Shown piece after piece: positions 1 to 9,839 of a DNA stretch of 64,000 bases. The notes below the pieces were generated by a model. That model saw only the letters and a program-made list of their open reading frames with translations, was not told the DNA's origin and made no database searches. The DNA is taken from assembly GCA_035380125.1 (NCBI GenBank), contig DAOSWV010000004.1:43562-107561 (forward strand). Direction: 5' to 3'. The position numbers and the translations under genes were made by a program. The stretch's first letter is position 1; the number at the start of each line of letters is the position of its first letter. Source of the stretch: Oscillospiraceae bacterium. GTDB taxonomy: Bacteria; Bacillota; Clostridia; Oscillospirales; JAKOTC01.

Positions 1-645
1 GGCGTAATGATTTACCACGGCTTTGCCGAACCGGAGGAACTTCCCGGCTTGTATGCCCGCCTGCTAACGCAGATCGACGAGCAAAACTGGCATCTCGACT
101 TCGGCGTTCTCGGTAATAAGGCGGTGATGCAGTCACTCGGCGCGGCGGGATTGGGTGAGGTCGGCATTAAGATGCTGCTTCAGCCGGATTTCCCGAGCGT
201 GCGGCGTTGGGTTGAGCTAAATGCTAACACCCTCTGGGAGACCTGGAACGGCGGCGGTTCGCATAACCACCATATGTTCAGCGATTTATCAGCGTTTTTC
301 TATAAATACATCGCCGGAATCAGTGCCGACGAAGACGAACCGGGGTATGCGCATATCATCGCCAGACCCGCGCTGACTTCAGGGCTTTCGGGCGCACGCT
401 GCGAGGTCTCGACGGTACGCGGCCCGGTCGGCTGCCGCTGGTTCATTGCGAACGGCGAATTTACCGTTGAGCTGGACATTCCGTCCTCTTGTCATGCAAC
501 ATTATACTTGCCTGTAGGCAGCGTGGAACTGACCGAGAGCGGCGTTCCGGTTGAAGACGCCGAGGGTGTTCAAGTGAACATGGAGAACAATCAACCGGTA
601 TTAGAACTGGTATGCGGCAGTTATCGGATCGAAGGGAAACTTTAA
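1..645 (+). CDS. alpha-L-rhamnosidase (GH78-like), C-terminal part; 5' end lies outside the window
   Basis: The reading frame is open from base 1 in the frame of ORF 7..645. The motif LWETWNGGGSHNHHMFSDLSAFFYKYIAGI resembles the catalytic/C-terminal region of bacterial GH78 enzymes. This is recognition from memory only. Confidence 0.6.
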   Translation, partial: GVMIYHGFAEPEELPGLYARLLTQIDEQNWHLDFGVLGNKAVMQSLGAAGLGEVGIKMLLQPDFPSVRRWVELNANTLWETWNGGGSHNHHMFSDLSAFFYKYIAGISADEDEPGYAHIIARPALTSGLSGARCEVSTVRGPVGCRWFIANGEFTVELDIPSSCHATLYLPVGSVELTESGVPVEDAEGVQVNMENNQPVLELVCGSYRIEGKL

Positions 646-2174
646 ACCTTAATCGCAGTGATGATATACGCAAATTCGGTTTCAATTACCTGACAACACG
701 AAAGTCCCGCCGCTTTGGTAAAGGCGCATAATTGTTCGGGATTATCGGGATAAATCTTTAACATCCGGCCGTTGCATTCCAAACGGTCGGATTGATTTTT
801 ATCAATGGAAATCACCAGTTTCCCGCCAAAGTTTAAAAGATCGGCGGCTTTTTTAATGGCAGCGGATTTATCTTCAATGTGCATAAACGTCAGCGAGGAA
901 TAGATCATGTCAAAGTATTCCGTAAATGTATGCGTCAGAAAGTCACCGCATATTAAAACGATATTTTGAAATGCAGCAAGGTTTTCTTTTGCGCGTTCTA
1001 TCGTCTTGGGCGAGAGATCAATTCCGCAGAAGGATTTGCATTTCGGAGCGATTTTAACAGCCAGCCGCCCGGTTCCGACCCCGATTTCGAGTACGGTTTT
1101 CTCCGGAGATAATCCCAATGCGTTTAAAAACGGCGTGCCATCCCATTTGTCCATATAGGTGCGCAGCAGGGCGGGATCGTGTACGGGGTCGTTGTTTTCT
1201 TCGATCAATGTGTTGTAGTGTTGTACGACCGGATTCGGCAAAATAGCCTCAATCATTTCACTGAGGGTCGTCTCGTCCGTCAAATGGACAAGCGCATATT
1301 CCGTGGCGGGTTTAACCAATAAAAAACCGCTGTCTGTACTATTGCGGTATGCGCTTTCCAGTTCGGATTGACTCAAATCAGACAGTGCCAGCGACAAACC
1401 TCTGACAATGCAGTCCTCAGCGGCATGGGTATACGATTCAATCGAATCATCCCACATGTAGCCGTAATACTTCATCCGCTCCGGGTCGGCGACACCTTCG
1501 GGGCGGTCTTTCATGAGTTGTATAATCAACGCTCGGTACTTTGCGACAAATGGGTGCAAAAATTCATGCAAAATTCCGTTTATACTCGGGCTTGTCGAGA
1601 TAACAAAGGTGGTATCTGCCTTTTTAACAAAATCACAGCAGTAAGGCGATTGCAAAAGGTTTGGGGCAAAACGGATATCGGCGGGTAAGCGGGAAAAACG
1701 TGCCGTCGCCCGAGACGCTTTTTCGCGTTCTCCGTTAAACCCGGGTGTGCGTTCTTGTAAGATTTCATTGTATTGTTCAAGTAAATCTTCATATCTCGGC
1801 GCAGAACTCACCCGGGCGAGCATCTCGGGTAATTGAGATATCCATTGGCAGTATTGCTCGTCTCGTTCTTCACCGCCGCAGCTGTTGATAAATTCCAAAA
1901 ACATTTCAAAAGTATCCCAGCAAAATGTATTGGGGTTGATGAAAAAGCAGGCCACGGAGATGTCCGAACCTTTTGGGTAATACGGATTTATTTTGTTTTC
2001 ACCGTGTGCATTCGCAAACCAAGCGCGGGTCTGCGTGTCGATGGGTAGTTTGCGAATATTTTCGCAAAGAATTTGAAGGGCGGCATCCTCCGGATCCGTC
2101 ATATCAAACCCGGAAGCCACCAGACCTGTATATGCGGCAAATAAAAGGGAATTAACAAATAGTTCAACAGACAT
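642..2174 (-). CDS. fusion protein: N-terminal ~330-aa domain with an HExxH motif (LHEFLHPF) plus a C-terminal class I SAM-dependent methyltransferase
   Basis: 510-aa ORF with an AGGAGG RBS 7 nt upstream of the ATG at 2174. The C-terminus carries the SAM-binding motif VLEIGVGTGRLA...GIDLSP...GDF...GGKLVISID. Confidence 0.7.
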   Translation of the reverse strand: MSVELFVNSLLFAAYTGLVASGFDMTDPEDAALQILCENIRKLPIDTQTRAWFANAHGENKINPYYPKGSDISVACFFINPNTFCWDTFEMFLEFINSCGGEERDEQYCQWISQLPEMLARVSSAPRYEDLLEQYNEILQERTPGFNGEREKASRATARFSRLPADIRFAPNLLQSPYCCDFVKKADTTFVISTSPSINGILHEFLHPFVAKYRALIIQLMKDRPEGVADPERMKYYGYMWDDSIESYTHAAEDCIVRGLSLALSDLSQSELESAYRNSTDSGFLLVKPATEYALVHLTDETTLSEMIEAILPNPVVQHYNTLIEENNDPVHDPALLRTYMDKWDGTPFLNALGLSPEKTVLEIGVGTGRLAVKIAPKCKSFCGIDLSPKTIERAKENLAAFQNIVLICGDFLTHTFTEYFDMIYSSLTFMHIEDKSAAIKKAADLLNFGGKLVISIDKNQSDRLECNGRMLKIYPDNPEQLCAFTKAAGLSCCQVIETEFAYIITAIKV

Positions 2175-2189
2175 TGATTGCCTCCTGTT

Positions 2190-3113
2190 TTATCTCAACA
2201 ATTTGATTTCACACTGCTCCCGCCAGCGGCAGAGCCAGTCGTACTGCCGGTCGAGAAAAGCCGCGTCCACGCAGTCGAGGCCGTTGATCTCGATAACTGT
2301 CGCCTGAACCTGAAAATGATAAACGGCGATTAAATCGAAAAAGGCGTCAATCTCGGCTTGGCTGAGCGGACTGTGTTTCAAATACGACGGCAGAAAACGC
2401 GTAAAGACCGCTTTGGATTTTTCATATCCGTCAGGGTCGAATTCAAAATAATGTGTTCGGTTGCAGATCAACACCGGGTCATAAACAGGAAAGGCCTCGC
2501 ACGAGGTATCAAAGTCCAGAACATAGAGCTTTCCATTCGCCGCTTTATGAATGTTTCCGGAATACATGTCGCCATGACAATAGCCGCGCGGCAAACCTCT
2601 TACCCTGTTCCAGACCGCGTCGCCGTATGCGACGAATTCGTCGGTTTTAGGATATTGCTTGCGGCGCAGAATATTGATGTACCGCCCGATGAAAAACGGT
2701 TTGTCGTGCTTTACGAGCGGACCGGGATAGCTTTTCATAATCTTGTGCAGCTTGCCGATCAGCTCGCCGATCGCCTCTGCATCTTGATTGGGTTCGGATT
2801 CTTTTCCTTCGATATATTCATACAGCACAAAAAGATGTTTTTCATCTGATGTACGCCATTCCACGCAGGGCGAACCATCTTTGGCGGGATGAATCTTCGG
2901 AACCGGGAAGTCTTGTTTTTGCAGGAAATATTGAATATCGGCGGCAGTTACCGCAGTATCGAAGAATGCGGGCTTGACGATACGAAGAAAATATTTGTTA
3001 TTATTTTCTGTGACGACATATGCGCTGCTTCCGGCCTCCCGGATAAGTTCGAGTGTGTCGGCTTTAATAGAATAATATTCTTTTAAAAAATTAATAATTT
3101 GAACTTGGTTCAT
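2190..3113 (-). CDS. APH/choline-kinase family phosphotransferase
   Basis: Brenner-type catalytic motif GYCHGDMYSGNIH and metal-binding VLDFDTS. The preferred start is MNQVQII at 3113, which forms an ATGA overlap with the stop of the upstream gene. The longer ORF start at 3149 would overlap that gene by 40 nt. Confidence 0.75.
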   Translation of the reverse strand: MNQVQIINFLKEYYSIKADTLELIREAGSSAYVVTENNNKYFLRIVKPAFFDTAVTAADIQYFLQKQDFPVPKIHPAKDGSPCVEWRTSDEKHLFVLYEYIEGKESEPNQDAEAIGELIGKLHKIMKSYPGPLVKHDKPFFIGRYINILRRKQYPKTDEFVAYGDAVWNRVRGLPRGYCHGDMYSGNIHKAANGKLYVLDFDTSCEAFPVYDPVLICNRTHYFEFDPDGYEKSKAVFTRFLPSYLKHSPLSQAEIDAFFDLIAVYHFQVQATVIEINGLDCVDAAFLDRQYDWLCRWREQCEIKLLR

Positions 3114-3871
3114 TGCCCATCCAATTCTTTCAACAACTCGGCAAACCACGCCTCGGCCTCCGGGATTTTCTTGTCCATGGCCTCGAGGGTCGCATTTTGC
3201 GCGAAATATTTGAGCTTTTCCAGCTTATCTTTTGGGATATGGTGCGAAATGTGAACCAAATAATAATCGGTATTTGCAGGTGTGTAAATTACGCGCAGCA
3301 GATCAATCAGCGGCTCGAGCACATAGCGGTTGTAATAGGCCCAGGCCTCAAGGAACTGCTCTCTGCGAATGTATTTTTCGACCCGCGTATGTTGGGTATA
3401 ACGGTATTCAGCTTCAGCAATACGAGATTCATTTTGCTTTTGATACAAGGTCAGATCGGGTTCGACAAATTGAATCAACCCGACCTTGTCGAAAAGCGCT
3501 TTCGCTGATTCGACCTTACTGCCTTTGAGGTATTTGCATTCATCGGGATTGCGGCTGTGCAGCTGCCAGCAGAAGTCGATCATCAGGTATTCGCTGCTGT
3601 CTTTGAGGTGATAGATACGCTGCCGGATTTTCGGATGGCCGTGTCTCATTATGTATTTATAATCAATCTCAGAGAGTTCGGAAAGCGCGTTTTCGACCGC
3701 TTGATAAGCGTCTTCCTCGTTTGCGTCCTCGACGTCCAACCAGAAATCGATATCGGAATATTTGTCGAGTGTGCCGTTAGCGTCGGCACCTTCAAGCCAG
3801 AATGCGTAACACCAGGGCAGGGGTTTCAGCTTTTCGGTCAAATGGTTTATGATCTGTTTTCTCGTTATCAT
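3110..3871 (-). CDS. nucleotidyltransferase-fold protein, ANT(6)/aminoglycoside-lincosamide nucleotidyltransferase-like
   Basis: 253 aa. The motif FWLEGADANGTLDKYSDIDFWLDV matches the G-[SA]...D-x-D pol-beta NTase signature and resembles LEGSRAN...DYDI of ANT(6). GAGGA RBS 6 nt upstream. Confidence 0.65.
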   Translation of the reverse strand: MITRKQIINHLTEKLKPLPWCYAFWLEGADANGTLDKYSDIDFWLDVEDANEEDAYQAVENALSELSEIDYKYIMRHGHPKIRQRIYHLKDSSEYLMIDFCWQLHSRNPDECKYLKGSKVESAKALFDKVGLIQFVEPDLTLYQKQNESRIAEAEYRYTQHTRVEKYIRREQFLEAWAYYNRYVLEPLIDLLRVIYTPANTDYYLVHISHHIPKDKLEKLKYFAQNATLEAMDKKIPEAEAWFAELLKELDGQ

Positions 3872-3888
3872 TAAAATTCCTCAATTCT

Positions 3889-4692
3889 TTAAGTTCGGTT
3901 GTACACATAGAAAAAGTTGTCGAGCAAAATGTAATATTTGATGATGTCTTCGTCCTCGGCAAATCCGAGTTCGTCAAACAGCAGGGCTTTATATCGCTCG
4001 TACTCGCTGCAGCTGTGCTTCGAAAGCCTGACTAAATTGTACTCGAGCGAACGCACGCAGAGAGCGATATCCTGCCATTTATCCCCGATCCCCGCGTCGC
4101 CGAGATCGACCAAGCCGCTGAATACGCCGTTTTCCAAAAAGACATTCGGCAGGCAATAGTCATTGTGCGAAAAGACAATCTCCTCATCCGGGCGGTTATG
4201 GTCAAGGAAAGAAAACAAGTCGTTCATGTCCCTAAATCCATTTGTGCATATCCGGTCTTCGTCGATTTCCTTTGGGTCAATCAAAACGTTTTCGAGATTA
4301 AAACGGGCACTTGCAAGCGTGACTTCAAGCGTATTGCTGTTCGGGCAGCCCGTGGTATCGACCGCCCAAAGCGCTTTCAGACCGTCGGCAAGCGCCCGAA
4401 TTGCCGGTTCGGGATTTTGCATGTTTTTCTCCGAGCAGGCCATCTCGCCCGGGATTTTCGACATCAGCAGGTAATTGAATCCGTTCTGTTGTTCAAAGGC
4501 AATCAAGCGCGGCGCGGGCAGTTTTCCTTCGAGCCAGGTGAGAATTTTTCGCTCCTTGTTCGAATCGGATTTTGCGATCTTCAAGACCATATGGTCAAAG
4601 AGCAGGACGCTGGCCTTCGAACAGCCGATGTCGTCCGCCCGATAGGGTTTTCCCTCGATATGCCGCCGGATGGCCTCCGGCAGTGTTTCCAT
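3889..4692 (-). CDS. aminoglycoside 3'-phosphotransferase-like kinase
   Basis: 267 aa with blocks close to APH(3')-III type enzymes: WLEGKLPAP, EEIVFSHNDYCLPNVF, VDLGDAGIGDKWQDIALCVRS, IKYYILLDNFF. It begins 27 nt downstream of the glpK stop. Confidence 0.8.
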   Translation of the reverse strand: METLPEAIRRHIEGKPYRADDIGCSKASVLLFDHMVLKIAKSDSNKERKILTWLEGKLPAPRLIAFEQQNGFNYLLMSKIPGEMACSEKNMQNPEPAIRALADGLKALWAVDTTGCPNSNTLEVTLASARFNLENVLIDPKEIDEDRICTNGFRDMNDLFSFLDHNRPDEEIVFSHNDYCLPNVFLENGVFSGLVDLGDAGIGDKWQDIALCVRSLEYNLVRLSKHSCSEYERYKALLFDELGFAEDEDIIKYYILLDNFFYVYNRT

Positions 4693-4719
4693 GTTAAAGA
4701 TGATAATTCCTCCGGTATT

Positions 4720-6207
4720 TTACTTAGCCCAGCCGCGGGAGCAGTCGACGGCTTTTTTCCAGCCTGCCAAAAGTTCCTGACGATGGTCAGCAGACATTCT
4801 GGGTTCGAAAGTGTGCTCGCGCTGCCAGTTCTTTTCGATCTCGTCTTTGTCCTGCCAATAGCCGACTGCGAGTCCCGCGAGATAGGCAGCCCCCATTGCG
4901 GTGGTCTCGATGCAGGCGGGGCGTTGGACGGGGGAGCCTGTGATGTCGGCTTGGAACTGCATCAGAAAATTATTCGCCGAAGCGCCGCCGTCCACGCGCA
5001 GGGAGCGCAGTTTTTGGCCGCAGTCCTGCGCCATTGCGGAAATGACGTCGCCGGTCTGATAGGCGATGGATTCGAGCGTGGCGCGGATGATGTGTTCGCG
5101 GGTGACGCCGCGGGTCAATCCGACGATGCAGCCGCGTGCGTACGGGTCCCAATACGGCGCCCCAAGCCCCACAAAAGCCGGAACGACATAGCATCCGGCG
5201 GTGTCGGGCACTTTGGAGGCGAAATATTCGGTATCCGCGGCATTGTAGACCAGATGCAGCTCATCCCGCAGCCACTGGATGGCAGCACCGGCGATAAAGA
5301 TTGATCCTTCGAGCGCGTATTCGATTTTGTTATCCGCGCCCCACGCGATGGTGGTGATTAACCCGTGTTCGGAGAATACGGGTTTTTCACCGGTGTTCAT
5401 CAGCAGAAATCCGCCCGTCCCGTAAGTGTTTTTGGCCTCACCGGGGCAAAAGCAGGTTTGCCCGAACAGCGCCGCCTGCTGGTCACCCGCCGCGCCGCCG
5501 ATTTTGATCGGATAGCCGAAGAAATCGGGCAGGGTCTCGCCGTACACACACGACGACGGTCTGACCTCGGGCAGCATACAGGTGGGAATATCGAGTTCCG
5601 CAAGAATTTCTTTGTCCCAACAAAGCTCGTTGATGTTATATAAAAAGGTTCTCGAAGCATTGGAATAGTCGGTGACATGGACTTTGCCGCCGGTCAGCCG
5701 CCAGATCAGCCAGCTCTCGACCGTACCGAACAGCAGTTCACCCCGTTCGGCGCGTTGTCTTGCACCGGGGACATTCTCCAAAATCCAGCGCAGCTTGGTC
5801 CCGGAAAAATACGCGTCGATCACCAGTCCGGTTTTTTGCCGGAATTTTTCCGCCAGCCCTTTGGCCTTGAGTTCATCGCAATACTCCGCCGTGCGTCTGC
5901 ATTGCCAGACGATGGCGTTATACACCGGCTCGCCGGTGGTTTTATCCCATACCACGGTGGTTTCGCGTTGATTGGTGATACCGATTGCCGCGATATCGTG
6001 CGCCGAGACGCCGATTTTCTGCATGGCCTCCTGCGCCGCCCCGATTTGAGTGGCCCAGATCTCCATCGGATCGTGTTCGACCCAACCGGGTTTGGGATAA
6101 AATTGGCGAATGTCTTTTTGCGCCATACTGCAGATATTGCCGTTGTGATCAAAAAGGATGCACCGGGCGCTTGTCGTGCCCGAATCCAAAGCCATGATAT
6201 AGCTCAT
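4720..6207 (-). CDS. glpK: glycerol kinase
   Basis: 495 aa. The N-terminus [15 protein letters not shown] and the FGGY family blocks ([26 protein letters not shown]) are present. GGAG RBS upstream. Confidence 0.95.
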   Translation of the reverse strand: MSYIMALDSGTTSARCILFDHNGNICSMAQKDIRQFYPKPGWVEHDPMEIWATQIGAAQEAMQKIGVSAHDIAAIGITNQRETTVVWDKTTGEPVYNAIVWQCRRTAEYCDELKAKGLAEKFRQKTGLVIDAYFSGTKLRWILENVPGARQRAERGELLFGTVESWLIWRLTGGKVHVTDYSNASRTFLYNINELCWDKEILAELDIPTCMLPEVRPSSCVYGETLPDFFGYPIKIGGAAGDQQAALFGQTCFCPGEAKNTYGTGGFLLMNTGEKPVFSEHGLITTIAWGADNKIEYALEGSIFIAGAAIQWLRDELHLVYNAADTEYFASKVPDTAGCYVVPAFVGLGAPYWDPYARGCIVGLTRGVTREHIIRATLESIAYQTGDVISAMAQDCGQKLRSLRVDGGASANNFLMQFQADITGSPVQRPACIETTAMGAAYLAGLAVGYWQDKDEIEKNWQREHTFEPRMSADHRQELLAGWKKAVDCSRGWAK

Positions 6208-6315
6208 AATCGTTCTCCTGTCGGGTGTTTGTCATGATTATACATGATTAAAAAAACATTTTCAAGAACGATTGACAAGCGAGGTTCGATATAATATTAT
6301 GAACGGAGGGCGGGA

Positions 6316-7773
6316 TTGCCTTATCCTCTATACCGCGACGTTTTTTCAGACAAATCTGATAATGGTGTGTATACATATATGAAGTTCTTTCGGAATTTCT
6401 TTTTGCATCTCGGCAGCGTTCTTTATAATTACGTCGGCGGTATAAAAGAGAGCCGTATCAACGCCCTCTATAACGATTACGACGGGTATGCACTGGATCT
6501 GCGCCGTGTATTCTGGGGAAACGCCTTCGCCAACCTCGCTTCGGTGGTGATGAACGGCGTCTTTTTCACCGGATTGATTTTGATCTTGCTCAAAGGCGAG
6601 AGTGACAGCGTCAAAAATGCCTATGTGGGGACCATCGTCAGTATTCAGACGGCTTGCGGTGTGACCCAGATTTTTGCGCCGGCATTGATCGAACGGCTGA
6701 AATCGCGTAAGACATTCGTTTTCACAACCCGCCTGATCTATTACGGTATCAATGGGATTTTATTGCCGCTCGTGCCGCTGCTGCCGCTTTCACAGAAACC
6801 GCAGATCACCTTATTTATCGTTTTAATGGTCATTATGCAGGTATCGATTTCGATTAACAGCCCGGCAATTTCAGCTTGGCACATCACCTACATAACGCCC
6901 GACCGACGTGCGGATTTCTTTTCGATGCAGCAGATGATTTATACCACACTCAACGCGGTGACAAGTGTTTCCTGTGCGTTTTTGCTGGATCGGTTCGAGG
7001 CGCAGGGGCTGGCGCTGACCGGTATTTTGGTTTTACGCGGTGCGGCGCTTGTTTTTATCGGATTGGAATGCAATATGTTTTTCCGCATCCGGGAGGTCTC
7101 TTATCCCAAACCGCCCAAACTCGATTTTCTCTCGATTTTTTCGGCGCCGATCAAGAACAAGGGCTTTTTGCAGCTGGTACTGATTGGTGTGGCATATAAC
7201 TTCACAGTCACGATTCAAGGGCAGTATTTTGTGGTGTATCTGCTTGAAGAAGCCAAGATGAGTTATACTTTTTACACCTTCATGACCATCTTTGCGCTAC
7301 CGATTCTGTTGATTATGCTTCCGGTCTGGAATAAACTGATCAAAAGACTCGGATGGTTTTATGCGTTGGCGCTGTCCTTGATTCTCTACGCGTTTCCGCA
7401 GTTGTTCAATATGTTGATTACGGAACAGACGGTATGGATTTACCCGATACTCTGCATTTACACCAATTTTGTCAGCCCCGGACTGACGCTCGGAATGTCG
7501 AATCTGCCGTTTATGCGGATGCCCGAGGAATCAAAATCGTCCTGTCTGGCGTTTTATTCTACGGCGGTCAGTTTAGCGGGGTTTGCGGGGGCATTTTTCG
7601 GGAAATACTTTGTCCAGTGGACCGAAGGAAAGTATCTGCACCTGTTCGGCTTTGCGATCGGCAACCGGCTGTACCATTTCTTTATTTCATTCACACTTCT
7701 GGTAATACTTGCAGCTGTCATCTTTTCAATACAAAAGCGAGAGCAAAACAGCAAAGATAAATTTTTAAAATGA
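6316..7773 (+). CDS. MFS-type membrane transporter; start uncertain (TTG 6316 or ATG 6379)
   Basis: Roughly 12 hydrophobic segments across 485 aa. GGAGGG lies 5 nt upstream of the TTG at 6316. The substrate is not inferable. Confidence 0.6.
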   Translation: MPYPLYRDVFSDKSDNGVYTYMKFFRNFFLHLGSVLYNYVGGIKESRINALYNDYDGYALDLRRVFWGNAFANLASVVMNGVFFTGLILILLKGESDSVKNAYVGTIVSIQTACGVTQIFAPALIERLKSRKTFVFTTRLIYYGINGILLPLVPLLPLSQKPQITLFIVLMVIMQVSISINSPAISAWHITYITPDRRADFFSMQQMIYTTLNAVTSVSCAFLLDRFEAQGLALTGILVLRGAALVFIGLECNMFFRIREVSYPKPPKLDFLSIFSAPIKNKGFLQLVLIGVAYNFTVTIQGQYFVVYLLEEAKMSYTFYTFMTIFALPILLIMLPVWNKLIKRLGWFYALALSLILYAFPQLFNMLITEQTVWIYPILCIYTNFVSPGLTLGMSNLPFMRMPEESKSSCLAFYSTAVSLAGFAGAFFGKYFVQWTEGKYLHLFGFAIGNRLYHFFISFTLLVILAAVIFSIQKREQNSKDKFLK

Positions 7774-7795
7774 GTCACGGTGAAAGGGTGGTTAT

Positions 7796-9781
7796 ATGAC
7801 ACGGTACGGATGGATTTGGTATGATTCCGATGAAATTTACAACTTTTCACAGGCGGATATGGACGCCAAGGTCAAGCGGTATGCCGACGTCGGCATCACG
7901 ATTCTGATCGGTTTCAGCTGCACGCATTTCCGTTGGTCTTTTTATCGCCACTGGGATAAGATCAACGCCTGCATCGGAAAACTGGTCAGGGCCTGCCATA
8001 AGTACGGCATCAAATACGTCGAGCATCACAGTTCGCATCTGACGTTCAACCCGCAGAACGACGAGGACAGAATGTGGGCTGAAAAAGTTTTGCTCTCGCG
8101 CAATTCAAAGCCGGAGGACTGGTCCGGTTTCTGGGACGACGCCTATGGCGATCCGGTTATCGACGGCGTGCCGTTGTCGAGTATGCGGCAGGTATCGGGC
8201 CGCAGCGGAAAGCTGGGTATCACGACCTATCACGGGTACGGTTTTTGTTTCAACAATCCCGATTACAGGCGGTTGTATTTCAAATATCTTGAAGACGTAT
8301 ATGCACAGGGCGTTGACGGCATCATGACCGACGACGTGCAGTACTTCGGCAACGACGGCACCGGCTGGGCCTCGTTCAACGCCTGCACCTGCGAACACTG
8401 CCGCCGTCTGCTCAAAGAGAAGACCGGATATGACATTCCGCAGCCCGAGGGTTGGAAGGATTTTTACTGGAACTTCAAAGATCCGGCGTTTGTGGCCTGG
8501 AAGCGTATGAAGGACGAATCGACCCTCGATTTCGCTTATGCCGTCAAAAAGCATTATGAGGATTTGGGTTATAAAATGCTGCGTCCGAACTATATCTCGA
8601 GCGTCATTTCGACCAACGTGACGGCTTTGCCGTTTGAAAAATGCGCCGAGATTTGGGACTGTATCTTTCAAGAGAACTGCAGCACCCACATCATCTCCCA
8701 GTCATGGCCGTCATTTGCAGCCGAAGCGGTGCATCGATTCTGCATGGGTCGGAAACGCGGTGTCCCGGCGATGTCGATGTTTTACCCCTGTTCGGATTCG
8801 GCGCTCTATTTCGGTTGGGCGTTTTCGATGGCATGGGGTCAGTTGTTTACACAGAGCGGCGGGGAAAATCTCGATGATTATCTCGACGAAGGTAAACTGC
8901 GTCATTTTGAGGAGAACCACCTCGAACTGTTTGAACACCCCAAAAAGCTTGCCGATCTGACGTTTTTAATGTCACAGAATACCCGCGATTATGCCGACGG
9001 GTGCGACGGGTATATGCGTAAATTCCTGCAGTGGATGCAGGCGTCAATGATGTCCGGAATTGCGACCGATATGGTTTTTGAAGATAACGGCGAAGAGTTC
9101 GGTCAACACAAAGTAATTGCGGCGGTATTTGCGGCGATGCTCTCGGATAAGGCCCTGTCCGATCTTGAGACTTATGTCAAAAACGGCGGGAAGCTGCTGA
9201 TCGTCGGCGATTTCGGCATCTATCAAACCGACGGCAGCAGGCGCGAAACCCCTGCGCTTTGTAAAACGCAAAAACTCGGCAAAGGTGAGGTTATCTTGAT
9301 TAACCCATCGGAATGTGCGGATGTCTATCAGGATATTTTGAGCGTTCCACGCGCCGATCACTTTACCCATCGAGGCAATGTTCAGCCCTATGCGCTGGAT
9401 CAGCTGCGTGAAACCGGCGGAAAAGCGCTGCGCAAACAACTTGATGAGACCGTTTATGAAGTTGAGAGTGAATCCGAGCTGTTTGTCTCACTGTTCGAAA
9501 ATCAACACTGCCGTACACTGCACATCGTCAATATCGGCGATACCGTTAAAAAGAACGGTGACTGCGGACACAAAGACCCGATTCCGGCGTTTGAATCCGG
9601 TGCACCTAAAATCGGTGAGGTTAAGGTGAAAATCAATGTATTGCGTTCTGCCGAATCGGTTATGCTTTATACCCCCGAAAACAAAAGCCCGCTTTCCCTT
9701 TCATTCAGCGAAAGCGAGCGATTGGAATTTACAATACCCGCAGGGTCGTTTGCGGGATATTGCGCGATTAAGATCGTTTAA
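7796..9781 (+). CDS. hypothetical cytoplasmic protein, possibly a glycoside-hydrolase-like TIM-barrel enzyme
   Basis: 661-aa ORF 22 nt downstream of the MFS gene with no signal peptide. It carries GIMTDDVQYFG and a Cys cluster ACTCEHC. The family was not recognised. Confidence 0.5.
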   Translation: MTRYGWIWYDSDEIYNFSQADMDAKVKRYADVGITILIGFSCTHFRWSFYRHWDKINACIGKLVRACHKYGIKYVEHHSSHLTFNPQNDEDRMWAEKVLLSRNSKPEDWSGFWDDAYGDPVIDGVPLSSMRQVSGRSGKLGITTYHGYGFCFNNPDYRRLYFKYLEDVYAQGVDGIMTDDVQYFGNDGTGWASFNACTCEHCRRLLKEKTGYDIPQPEGWKDFYWNFKDPAFVAWKRMKDESTLDFAYAVKKHYEDLGYKMLRPNYISSVISTNVTALPFEKCAEIWDCIFQENCSTHIISQSWPSFAAEAVHRFCMGRKRGVPAMSMFYPCSDSALYFGWAFSMAWGQLFTQSGGENLDDYLDEGKLRHFEENHLELFEHPKKLADLTFLMSQNTRDYADGCDGYMRKFLQWMQASMMSGIATDMVFEDNGEEFGQHKVIAAVFAAMLSDKALSDLETYVKNGGKLLIVGDFGIYQTDGSRRETPALCKTQKLGKGEVILINPSECADVYQDILSVPRADHFTHRGNVQPYALDQLRETGGKALRKQLDETVYEVESESELFVSLFENQHCRTLHIVNIGDTVKKNGDCGHKDPIPAFESGAPKIGEVKVKINVLRSAESVMLYTPENKSPLSLSFSESERLEFTIPAGSFAGYCAIKIV

Positions 9782-9791
9782 AGCTGATGTA

Positions 9792-9832
9792 AACCAAAAC
9801 ACGGCGCTGTTCAACAGCGCCGTGTTTTGGTT
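9792..9832. terminator. bidirectional intrinsic terminator between convergent genes
   Basis: Perfect 20-bp inverted repeat AACCAAAACACGGCGCTGTT/c/AACAGCGCCGTGTTTTGGTT, with T-runs readable on both strands. Confidence 0.75.
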
Positions 9833-9839
9833 AATATGA

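Noticed and set aside
4165-5304. 379-aa plus-strand ORF
   Set aside because: It lies antisense to glpK and the APH(3')-like gene. It is Arg/Gly/Ala-rich shadow-frame sequence with no recognisable motifs and no RBS.
6272-6300. TTGACA ... TATTAT promoter for the MFS gene
   Set aside because: With a 17-nt spacer, the predicted transcription start would fall inside or after the GGAGGG RBS of the TTG start at 6316. The alternative TATAAT at 6290-6295 has only a 12-nt spacer. This is too ambiguous to report as a feature.
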